The notes below the pieces were generated by a model, which was given only the letters and a program-made list of their open reading frames with translations, had not been told where the DNA came from and did not search any database. From the NCBI GenBank assembly GCA_014905635.1, contig JABVCE010000012.1, positions 868,001 to 932,000 of the forward strand: 64,000 nucleotides of DNA, written 5' to 3'. Made by a program: the position numbers and the translations under genes. Source of the DNA: Scenedesmus sp. PABB004 (Eukaryota). Positions 12,225-23,687 of this stretch are shown piece by piece (the first letter of the stretch is position 1; every line of letters begins with the position of its first letter).

Positions 12225-13262
12225 ACGCATTGGTTTGCCTGTTCTATGCGTCAACCTGCACACATTGCAAAGCGATGGCACGGGTGGGTGCCCTCCGTGC
12301 GTTGAGCTATACCAGCCATTCCGGGCGCCGTCTCCGCCCCGCCCCGACCCACGCGTGCCAGCCGTTCCGGCCCGGAGCAGGTGTGTAAAAGCCAGGGTGC
12401 GCGCGCTCCGCGCAGCCCACCCCGGCCGTGTGTGCGTGACGCCGCGCCGCCGGCTGGAGCAGCCAGCCCCCGCACCGTTGTTGGTCTTTCCCTAGCCAGC
12501 GCCGTCGTGGTCTAGCCAGCGCCGGCTTCAAGGCAGGGCGCCCCGCACGGGCGCAATGCGGCCAGCCCAGGGTGCACCTCCGGGAGTTCTCTGCCCAAGC
12601 AGCGGGCCGCCGCTGCCGCGGTAGGGCCCGCCGCGAGGGGCCGTTTATTGATCAGTCTGGGGGAACGGGAGACGGGGTGGGTGACACGATCGCGGGGCCG
12701 AGGGCCCCAGGGTGCGGGGCCAGCCCCGCGCGCTGGCCGGGGCCGCCGGTGTTATGGTAGGTCCGCCAATGTCATAGAGTGACATGGTGCAGCATGCGCA
12801 GGGGAGGGCATGGCAACGCGCCACCCCCGGGGGAGCCTAGCAGAGGTTGAAAGAGGAAAAAAACGACACACAGGCCGGGCGGGGGCGCGTCCCACAAGGG
12901 ACAGGCAGGCGCACCAGGGGAGCGCCACTGCGGCGCCACGCTGGAGCAGCACGCCGGCGGCAGCGCCGCCACTAACCGCCCCTGCTAAGCCCGTGCCCAC
13001 CAGGCACAGCATGCATTGCGCGCCGTCGCGGTACTGCAGTCCCAGTCCCAGGGCCCAGGGGCCATGCAGGCCCCAGCAGGCGGCCGGCCGCCTGACGCGG
13101 GCCGCGCAGCCGGCAGGCTGACACGGCCTGCCGCGCGACGGGCCTGGCAGCAGGCCCGTTTTCTTCCCCCGCCCGCCGGCGACCTCCGCCATGTCAAAGA
13201 CCGAGCCTTTAAGGAGTGGAAGAAAGATCACAGCAGCAGCAGCCCGAGCTGCACGCGGCTGG

Positions 13263-16200
13263 TCAGCAGGCCGTTGCCACCTCCACGTCCACCCAAATGA
13301 ACGGCGCGCAGCCGTTGTCGCACAGGCAGCTCTCCACGCCCTGGCTGACCACGGCCAGCGGGTTGGACCGCGGCGTGGCCACCGGCGTGACGCCGCTGCT
13401 GCGCTTGTTTACGCGCGCGGGGCAGTACGTCGGCGCCTCGCCGCACACTGACTGCACGCGCGCGTTGGAGAGCGCAAAGCCGGGCGCGGCGGTGAAGGAG
13501 CCGACCACCTTGCCGCCCGCGCACGACACCGTGGCGGAGCCGACGGTCTTGGACTGCTGCGTGATGTCCGCGGCAAAGGGGAAGCAGGCCTCGCCCTTGA
13601 GGATGTTGCACGCCATCACGGTGCAGCTGCCGCCGCGCACCGGCACGACCGTGCCGGTCCACAGGCTGGCGCTCGTGGCTGCGGGCTTGCTGTCGCCGAA
13701 GCCGAGCGGGCAGACGTTGCCGGTGGGCGGCGCGAGCGGGAAGGGCGAGGCCTTGCAGCACGAGGTGCCGTCGCTGGTGCAGGCGCCGCCGACGTTGACC
13801 AGCTTGTCCTTGAGGGAGGTGCAGGTGCGGTCGAGCACGCCGCACGCGGTCGCCTGCGTGAGCGAGGAGGTGACGGTCTTGGCGATTTCGAGCAGCTTTG
13901 CCGCAAACTCGGGCGTCACGCCCTTGAAGGTCACGCTGAAGCAGAGCTCGGAGCCCTCGGCGCCCTGCTCGGCGCGGCGCGCGCGCGGGGGGGGGGGGGG
14001 GGGGGGCAGCGGGCGCGGCGGCGCGCGGGCGTGAGCGCAGCGCGCGCGCGCAGGGCTGGCCGCCAGCCGCGGCGGCGGCGGCGCCCGCGCGGCCCCCGCC
14101 GCGCCGCACCTTGTCGACGCATTGGTTCTGAATGCTGCTGATCTGCTGCTTGGTGAGCGAGCGCTTGGTGAGGGCGAGGATCTGCTTGATGAGGTCCGAC
14201 TGCACGCCGCTCGCGAGCAGGTCGTCCACGCCCGTGCGCGCGAGCGACTCGCACGTGAGCTCCACCAGGTCGAGCGCCTTGCTCAGCAGCAGCGACATCT
14301 GCCATGTCACGTCCACCAGCTCCTCCGTCGGCGCGTACCACTCAATCAACGCAATGCCGCCGTTGGGCGCGGCCGGGTTGTCGGTCGACGACACGGGGCG
14401 CCCGGCCGTGGACGTGGCCGCGGCGGTGACGTTGGCGGTGATCGCGTCGCGCCGCACGAGCGGCAGCGTGGCCACGCCCTCGTCGTCGGTGCGGCGCCGC
14501 ACGACGCGCGTGGTGCCGTCGGCAAAGGTGACCGTGAAGGTGATGGGCCGGCGCGCCACGGTCGCGTTGCCCTCGGTGAAGAGCGCAGACACGGTGACCG
14601 TGGTCTTGACCGGCACGCGCGCGTCGGGCACGAGGGAGAGCGTCAGCAGCGGCTCGGCCGGCGGCGCGCTGTCGTCGTACCACTCCACGCGGCTGGAGCC
14701 GCCCTTGCCGGACGCGCCCTTGCCCGAGGACCGCGACGGCACCTTGCGGCCGCGGCTGTTGGTCGTGCTGGCGGTCACGTTTGCGATCAGGGGCTCGGGC
14801 TGCACCAGGTCTATGGTTGCGACGCCGTCAGCGCCCGTGGTTGCAGTCTTGCTCTCCTTAGTGCCATTGTTGTAGGCGATGGCAAAGGTGATGAGCTTGC
14901 CGGAGACGGGCGAGCGCCCCTCCTTGTAGGTCGCCGACAGCGACACGGTCGTGTCGACGCGCACGCGCGCGGAGGGCTCGAGCGTGAGCACCAGCGACTC
15001 GTCCACCCAGGTGATAGAGGGCGAGCTGCCGGGGCTCAGCGTGTGCGTCACCGTGTCGCCCGGCGGCGCGCCGGGGACCTGGCTGGGCGTGGTGCAGGCG
15101 GCGTTGCGCACGAGGGGCACGTCGCTCGCGTCGACGGTCACGCGCGCCACGCCGCGCGCGTTGGTGAGCGCCGAGTAGGTGCGCCCCGTCGGCGCGCCGG
15201 TGACGGGGTCGGACAGGCTAAACGTGACGGTCGCGCCCCGGACCGGCTTGCCGTTCTCGTCCAGGAACTTGCACTGCACGCCCGCCTTGGTGCGCACGGG
15301 GACGAGGGGATCGATGACCGTCAGCACCAGCTGCTCCGCCTGGTTGGGGGTGATGTTCGGGTCAAACCACGTGATCCTGGCCGGCGCGGGCGCCGACACG
15401 GGCGTGCCGCTGACGGCCGCGCTCGCAGTCACGTCGGCGACGCTCGGCGTGGCGCGGACGAGGTCGAGCGTCGCGACGCCGCCCGCGTCGGTCGGGCGCG
15501 AGGCGGTGTCGGTCGTGCCGTTGGACGACACGGTGAAGGTCACGGGCGTGCCCGCCGGCGGGGGCGTGCCCGCGGCCGTCGTGAGCGTGGCCGACACGGT
15601 GACGGTCGTGCCCACAAGCACACGCGCGCTGGGGTCGAGCGACAGCGCCAGCCCGGGCTGCCCAGCCGGCGGCGCCGGCCCGGGGCCCGGCGTGGGCGCG
15701 GGCCCGGGCGGCGTGGGGCCAGGCGGCGGCGTCGGGCCAGGCCCGGGCGGGGTCGGCCCGGGGGCGGAGCGGGGCCCGGCGCCGGCGCCGGCCCAGGGGT
15801 CGGCGCCGGGGCGGGGCCCGGGCCCGGCGCCGGCGCGGTCCAGGTGACCGCCGGCGGGCTGCCGCTCGCCAGCGAGCCGGAGACGGGCGTTGCTGGCGTG
15901 CTGCCGCACACCGCGCCGCTGGTCGCGGCAGACACGGTGTACGTCGCAGCAACGGCGCTGGCGGGCACGGTGGCGTTGCAGGTGCCGGCCGCGTCCGTGA
16001 CGCACGAGGCGGTGGTGGTGGCGCCGCCTCCGGTAGGGGTGAAGGTGAAGACGACGTTGACGCCCGCGATGCTGCCGCTGCTGCAGGTGATCGCGGCCGA
16101 CACCGACGAGTTCTGCCCCGTCGTCTTGTTGGGATCAAGCACCGTATACACCAGGGAGGGCGGCGCCGGCGGCGGCGTCCAGGTGACGGTTGACGGGCTG

Positions 16201-19200
16201 CCGCTCGCCACCGTGCCGTTGAGGGGCGTCGCTGGCGTGCTGCCGCACACCGCGCCGCTGGTCGCGGCAGACACGGTCTGCACCGCGGCCACGGCGCTGG
16301 CGGGCACGGTGGCGTTGCAGGTGCCGGCCGCGCCCGTGACGCACGAGGCGTTGGCGACCACGCCGGTGCCGTCGGCGAAGGAAAAGACCACGGTGACGTT
16401 CACCGCGGGGCTGCCGTTGCCGCAGGTGACCGCGGCCGACACGGCCGAGGTCTGCGTCGTCGTCTTGTTGGGCTGCAGCACCGTGAACACCAGCGAGGGC
16501 GTGGTGTACCACTCGAGGCTCGCCGGCGGCGACGCGACCGGGTTGCCGGCGCTGTCGAGGGTCGAGACCGTGACGTTGACGACGGCCGGGGTCAGCCGCG
16601 TCAGCGTGACCGAGGCCACGCCGGTCGCATCGGTCTTGGCGGTCACGCGCGTGGTGTTGCCGCCGGGGGCGGTGAAGTCAAAGGCCATCGACTGGTTGGC
16701 CACCGGCGCAACCGCGCCGGCTGTGACGCCCTCCTTGTAGGTCGCGGTGACGGTCACGTTGGTGCCGACCAGCTCGCGCGCGCTGGGGGCGAGCGTCACG
16801 TTGAGCGAGGACGCGACGGTCGTGACTGCCGGCAGCGACGCGACGGTGGCCACAGTGCTGGTTTGCGTGATCTGCGCATCACGCGGCGTGCAGCGCGCGG
16901 GGCGGGGGCGCGTCGGGCGCGCGCGCGGGCCGCTGCAGCTGGCACGCGCGCGCGCGCGCGCGGCCCGCCGCCGCCGCCGCCGCCGCGCGGGGCGACGCGA
17001 CGCGCGCGCTGCGGGCGGCGCGCACGTTGCAGTAGGAGTTGCCGGTGGTGCCGTCAAACAGCACGAAGCCGTTGGAGGTGGTCTGCAGCAGGCTGCGGCC
17101 CCAGGGGCCGTACTCGTTCGCGTAGTCGGCGTAGGTCTGCAGCCGGCGGCCCGTGACGCTGCCGCCGCCAGCGACGGGGCCGATCGCCGTGAACTCCAGG
17201 CAGAGCCCGGCGCAGTAGGCGCACCAATCGGGCGGCAGCCCGAGCGCCGCGCTGGTCTGGTTGACGACGGTGGAGAGGTCTCCCAGCGCGTTCTCGAGCA
17301 GCTGCATGACCATGCTCGCGATCAGGCAGTCGCACTCTGTGGAGCCGTTGGTGCTCTTGAAGGCCTGCGCCGCGGCGGGCAGGGGGCAGGGGCGTCGTCG
17401 GCACGCGCGGGCCGAGTGCACGCGGCAGCAGCGCGCGGCGGCGCGGAGCCAGCGTCGGCGCCGCGGGCACTCACCACTTCGTCCAGGTAGGTCACCGTCC
17501 TGTGGCGCCGCGGCGGCGGCGGCGGCGCGGTCAGGCGCGTGCGCGGAGCCGAGGCGCGCGCGGGGGGCCGAGGCGCGCGCGCTGTGCTGCGCTGCTTGCG
17601 CTGCGCAGCGCGCCCCAGCCCAGCGCGCGCCGCGCGCGCCTGTTGTTGGGCGAGTCCTCGCAGGCCCTGTTCTCGATGCGGTCCTTGAGCACGCTGAGCT
17701 TCAGCGCGACGCTGCGCAGGAAGCCCTCGCCGCCGAGCTCCCACAGCGCGGGCATGTTGGCCTGGTCGTTACAGATCGAGTCGGTGTCGTTCTTGTTGTA
17801 GCCGCGGTTCAGCCGCGCGACCGCCGGGCCCTTGCCGCGGACCTTGTCGGCCGGGGGCGCGAGCAGCGCGCGGCCGTGCCGCGGCGCGAGGCCCGTGGCG
17901 AGCAGCGGGTCGTCGTCGCCGGCCGCGAGCATGCTGCGCCCGCGCGGGCGCGGGCGCCGGGGCCGGCCCGGCACGCGCGGCGCCGGCGCGGCCCTGAACG
18001 AGTAGCCGAGCATCGCGTCGCAGCCCGGCGAGGCGCAGACCTTGTAGTTGTCCGACACGCCTGGCGACGGCAGAGTGGTGGTGGTGCGGCGGCGGCGATC
18101 AGCGGACGCACGGCCGCCCGCAGCACAGCGCGCTTGCCCGGCTGGCCAGGCCCGCCAGGCCCGCTGGGGGCTGCCAGGCCAGCGGCGCCAGGCGCGCACC
18201 GTTGTAGAAGCAAGTCCGGCCGTGCCAGTTGTAGCCGTCCTTGGTGCAGTTGCCGTTGGGGCAGCTCAGCCAGCCAAAGCAGTGGGGGTCGCTGCAGCTG
18301 GGGTTGCCCTTCACGCACGAGGCGCCCGCGACGCCGCGCACGGGGCTGCGCCAGGGGCGGCGCGGGCGGGGTGAGTGAGTCAGCAGCAGAGGAGGGGGGC
18401 GGTGCTGCGGCGTGCTGCGGAGCGCGGCGCGGCTGGCGCGGCGCAGCCCGCTCGTCGCACCAGTTGGCGGAGTTGGGGCAGTTGAGCTCCACGTCTCCCA
18501 GGGCGTTTGCAATGCAGCTGCTGGTCTTGCAGACGCCTTTTGGGTCGCAGTTGCCGATGCAGGAGCGCGTCGACGGCGTCTGGCTGGGGTCGAGGTCGCA
18601 GCGCCCGGCAAAGCCGGTCCTGTTGATGGCGCCAGCGGTGAAGTCCCAGCGCCAGCCGATGTAGTTGCACGCGGTCGCGTCGCCCGTGTCTTCGGGCGGC
18701 GTGCTGCTGCAGGGGTCCGCGGGGAGGGGGGGCGCGATGGTGACCCCCGCCGGCGCCGGGCACGAGCTGTCCATGCAGATCTTCCAGTTGTTCTGTGGGG
18801 GCGGTGCAGGCGGAGGGGGAGGGCGCTGGTGACGCCAGGCGGGATGCGGGGAGGGGGGGGGGGAGAGACTGCACCACTCACGCTGGCGCCGAGGTAGAAG
18901 CAGGGCTTGCCCTCCCACTCGGGGCAGGAGGTAGCTCCCTTGCATTCGATCTTCCCCAGGCACTTGTTATTGTTGCAGGAGCTGTAGTACTTCGTGCACA
19001 CGGCGCCGTAGTCGGGCCAGGTGGTTTCGGCGTTGTTCTTCCTGTCCCGCACCGGGCACCTGCGGCATTGCGCAAACACGCAACGTCAGCGTCGGGCTTC
19101 CGAACAACTCAGGAGTGCGCATGGGTGCGCACGCGCCCCGTGCAGGGGCACACGCCGCACCTGGCAGAGTTGGGGCAGTTGGCCTGGTCGTTGCCGAGGC

Positions 19201-21076
19201 CGTTGGCGACACAGCTGCTCGTGGGGCTGCGCACGCGGCAGCGGCAGGGCGGCGAGGCGGTCAGCCGCCGCCTGGCGCCTGGCGCGTCGCGCGGCTAGCA
19301 GCACCCCAACAGCCCAGCTGCCAGGCGCCCGCTCAGCCTACCAGTAGCCAAAGCCACTGTCCAGGCAGCAGTTGCCGAAGCAGTTGGTGCAGTTGACCGT
19401 TTGTTGGTTGTTCCCGTTCCCGGTCACTTTCTTGCAGACCGGACCTTGGTAGCCCGCCGGTATCACATAGTTGACAGTCTGGCTGAGCGGGAAGGCGCAC
19501 GTGTCGGGCGGGTCGGTCACCGCGGGGCTGGGCCCCGCCGAGCAGGCGGCCGAGGAGCAGACCTTCCAGTTGTTGCTGGCGCCGTTGTAGAAGCACGCGA
19601 CGCCCTGCCATTCCCCGCAGTTGGAGCACTGCACCTTGCCAAGGCACTTGTTGGTGCAGCCCGAGACGAGCGGCACGCACGTGGCGCTCTTGTCCACGGG
19701 GCACTGCGGGCGGGCGGGGGCGCGAGCGGGCGCTGAACGGGGCCGCCGGCAGCCTTGTGGGGCAGCTGCCGCAGCCGCAGCTGCGCCCCCCTCCCCCCGC
19801 CACCCCCGCCGCAGCCAGCGGCGCCTGCTCACGTTAGCGCTGTTGGGGCAGTTGTTCTCCTCCGTGCCGAGCATGTTGGCCGTGCAGCTCGACGTGGGGC
19901 AGTCGCCGGTGCCGGTCGTCTTGCAGGCGCCCCAGCAAACGCCAGAGGGGTCCCTGCAGTCTGGGTCCTCGTAGCCGGTCAGGTTGCCCAGCCCGCCCAC
20001 GCGCCAGGTGTTCAGGGTGCAAACCTCGTCGGGGTCGTTGCCATTACCGTTGTTGCTCTTGGAGCCGCCCTTGGTGGTGGGGCAGCCCGCCGCAGACTTG
20101 GCCGCGGCGTTGGCGTTCCTGCAGGAGGCGCGCGCGCGCGTGCGCGCGGGGTCAGGGAAGGGCCCCGCAGAGTTGGGAGACGCGGCGGCAGCGCATGCCC
20201 GCCAGCGGCGCCAGCGGCTCCGCGCTGCGGCCAGGCGCGCCGACTGCTGCCGCCTGGCACGCGTGCGCCGAGCGCGAGCCCGCACGCACGGGCGCGCGCG
20301 CGCCCGCGCGCTCTGCCGCGGCCGCGCCACGGTCGCCGCGCCGCGCCGTGCTGCACCGCCACGGCGGCTGCGCGCGGCGGCTGCGCTCACTTCTTGTCCT
20401 GCTCCTTCTTCTGCTTGTCGATGGGCGACTCGGACGTCGGCTTGGTGAGTGGCACGACCGTGCTGGAGATCTGGTACGCCGCGCACATGCACTTGATCGT
20501 GTCCTTGGACAGCTGCGCGCGGCGGCGCGTGGCCGGGCGGGCGGCCAGGCGCGGGCGCGCGGGCGCGGGCGCGGGCGGGGGCGGGTGGGGCGCGGCCGGG
20601 GCGCCCAGCTGCGGAAGCGGCTCTGCTGCCGCGGCCGCCGCGGCGGCGGCGGCGGCCGCGGCAGCCAGCGGCGCCGTCGCCTGCGCCGGCGGCGCCGCCC
20701 CCGCCCAGCGCGTGCGCCGCACCTCGATCTGCCGGTCGCCGGAGCCGATGAGCAGGACGCCTTTGAGCGTGGCATTGGCGTCACCCTGCGCGGCGACGAG
20801 CTGCGGCCAGCGCGTGTCGATCATGCACGACGCGTAGCGCCACGCCCAGCTCGGGTCGGTCGCCTGGCAGTCGGGGTCGGGCGCGAACGTCCCGGTGCTC
20901 AGCTGGTCGGTGATCGTGGTGTCGCAGGGCGTGCAGAGCCAGTCCTCGATCTTGTTGAAGCGGTAGCTCGTGCACCGGCAGGGCGTGCCCGCCGCCGCGG
21001 GCGCCGCCGCGAGCGCCAGGGCGCACAGCACCGCCAGCAGCGCCATCAGGCCGCGGCCGCCGTGGGGCGCGCCCAT
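13263..21076 (-). CDS. Paralog B: secreted Cys-rich / Big-1-like Ig-repeat protein (7 Ig repeats; 1-nt frameshift at ~15760)
   Basis: Signal peptide MGAPHGGRGLMALLAVLCALALAAAPAAA then CRCTSY..IEDWLC. Same exon and domain order as A. The long exon is split between ORFs 15540..17057 and 13228..16005 by a frameshift in the Pro hinge. The last exon ends FIWVDVEVATAC-TGA. Confidence 0.8.
13987..14006. repeat. Poly-G run (~20 nt) in the last intron of paralog B
   Basis: Visible in the sequence. Confidence 0.85.
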
Positions 21077-23687
21077 GCCTCGCCGCGGGCCGCCAGCAGC
21101 GCCCGGCGCGCGGGGCGGCCGGGGGATTGCCAGGGTGGCCGTCGCGGCCGCTGCGCGCGGTGGGGGGCCTGAGGCGGCCGATCGCCGGGGCCACGGCCGT
21201 TCGCGGGGTGGTGTGGGGCGCTGGGGCGACTGCTGACGTCCCTCGCGCGGCGCAGCGGCAGGCGGGCGCTGCCCGGTTGTTGAGGTGCTGCGCTGCGGCG
21301 CTGCGGCGGCGCGCGCTGCCTCGCGGTGAGCGGTCTGGATGCGGCCGGCTCGCCGCGCAGCAGAGGAAGGGCGGGCGGGGTGCGCGGGGCGCGCCGGGGT
21401 CGCCGGGGTCGCACATGGTGAGGTCGCACAAACCGAGGCCCGCGATGCACGGGCTCCCCCCGCCCTGCGCCGACGCCAGCAGACTGCATGGACGCCGAAT
21501 TGCAGATATAACGGGCACGAACGGCCCCACCCCGCCTGCTGCCGCCGGGGGGCGTTCTGTCAACTCGGCGGCCCGCGCCTTCCCCGCGCCCGCCGCGCGC
21601 AGTACCTAGGTTGCGTGCTCGAAATCGCCGCGGCCGCGTAGGCACAGCTGGCGGGCGAGGGCACTGGCCCCTTGCTGCGGCGGGCGGCCGGCGGCGGTGG
21701 CGGCCAGCCGGGGGCGCGTGCGTGTCTGTTCTCGGCTTCCCGCCGCGTGTGCCGAGCTCGGTGGCCGCGCACGAGCGCTGGGCGGTTCGCGCAGCAGCGC
21801 GGCGGCGGGCGGGCAGCAGCAGCCAACCGGTGACGTTGCGGCCGGGACGTTGCTGCGGCGGCAGCTTTCCCCCCCACCTCTGGCCCCCGTGTCCCCGCTG
21901 CCGCGCCCCAGGCGGCGCAGCGCAGGCCGCCGGCGCGCTCTCGGGGCTGGGCACGCCGCACGCCTGGGCGGCCACGGCCGAGGCCAGTCCGCTGCGGGCT
22001 GGCCGCCCGCCGACGCAGCGCCGGTGCACCGGGCCGCCACGAGTCCGAGCTTGGCCCTGCGGCCTCGCGGCGCCGCGTGTGACCTGCAGCAGCAGCCGCC
22101 CTGCTCAGCAGCCCGTCGCGTGCCGTGACACGCTGCCGGCGCTGCGCACGCGCGGTGCCAGCTGGCTGCCGCAGCGGCGCGAAGAACCGCCGCGTGGGTG
22201 TGTTACTGCTCAACATGCATTAATAGCCATAGCCGCCGCCGTGTTTGAGACTCCAAGGCACGGGCAGGCGCGTGCAACAAGCTGGCCCGCACGGGAGGCC
22301 CCGCCCCCACCGCGCGGGAGGCCCCGCCCCCACCGCGCGGTGCTGAAAAGCCCTGCAGTGACCGAGGTGCCACATGGTGCCATGTCAACGCGGCCCCCGT
22401 GGGGCCAGCGCCGCCGCGCGGCTCTGGCGCGCTGCGCGTTCCAGGTGGCGAGCGCGCGCGTGCAGGCTGCAGCAGAGCGCGTATAGAGCAGGAGAGGGGG
22501 GCGGCGCGGGCACACGGCGCGCCCCGCGACACCCGCGCCCTTTCAGGAGACGCCAACACCCGCCGCCAACACCCGCGCTCCCTTGGTCATGGTGCCCTTG
22601 CCGCCCGAGCACACTGAGAGATGGCGTGAAAAGACGCCGCAGCCACCCGCGTGCGCGCGGCGGCGGCGCCGGCACGCGAGCACGCTCCCCCGTGGCGCCG
22701 TGGGGCAGCCCGCCCAGCCGGCCCCGCACTGCGGCTGCCGTCCCACACACAGCAACCGCCCCACAACCCACGCGCTTGACCAATCGCTGCCCCACGTCCG
22801 CTTGCCGCTGCCGCCCCAGGGCATTCATCCAGCCGGCCGGCCTGCCACGCGCGCGTACGCCGCAGCGCCGCTGCAACGAGCAGGGCAGGGCAGCAGACGC
22901 GCTGCCACGCAGGGCCTAGCCGCTGCGTCCTGCAGCGGGCTGCAGTGCGCGCGCGCGCGATGCAAAGGTGCCCCTTTCTGCGCACGAAGCGCCGGAGCTA
23001 TTCACACAAGTGCGCACACTATGTTGAAAGAAGTAAAACTGCGGTACAGTAAAAGAAAGTCTTAAAAAGAGCCACAGCCGGGATGCCTTCCGGCTGCGGC
23101 CCTCCGCAAAGGAAGGCAGGTGCCGCCGTCGCCGCGCGCAGTCCGGGGTGCCGCTGATGGAGCCAAGGAAGGCGGTCGGTCGCCCAGACGGGGCGCAGTG
23201 CCGAACACACAACTCGAACCAGCCGGCACGATGTGCTGGGCACCCCACGCCGAAACACCACGACGTCACACACACGGCTCGCGCCGCAGTCTGCAGTGAG
23301 CCGTCAGAGCCAGCTGCGGACCCGAGCGCGACCAAAGCGCCCCCGCTGCGCAGCAGCAGCCGTGCAGGGCCGCGCCGTGCGGCGCTGCCGCGCCGTGCGC
23401 GACCGAGTCGGCAGTCAACGGGTGCGCGCCGCGCAGCAAGGCGCTGTGCAGCGGAGCATGCAGGCCTTGTTGTAGGGCGCTGGGCTCGCCATGCCCGCGC
23501 GCATGCATGCGCAAGTATTTGAAGGCAGGTTCCGCAGCGGCGCCGGCTGCCGCTGGCCAACCGGCCCGCGGGTGCTCTTGGCAGACAGCAGTGCAGTGCC
23601 GCCCCTTTCGGCCGGTGCTCACGGCCGCCGCCGCCCCCCACGCGGCAAGCCGCCCGAGTTCCCAACGCCCGCTGGTAGCGATGCCGA

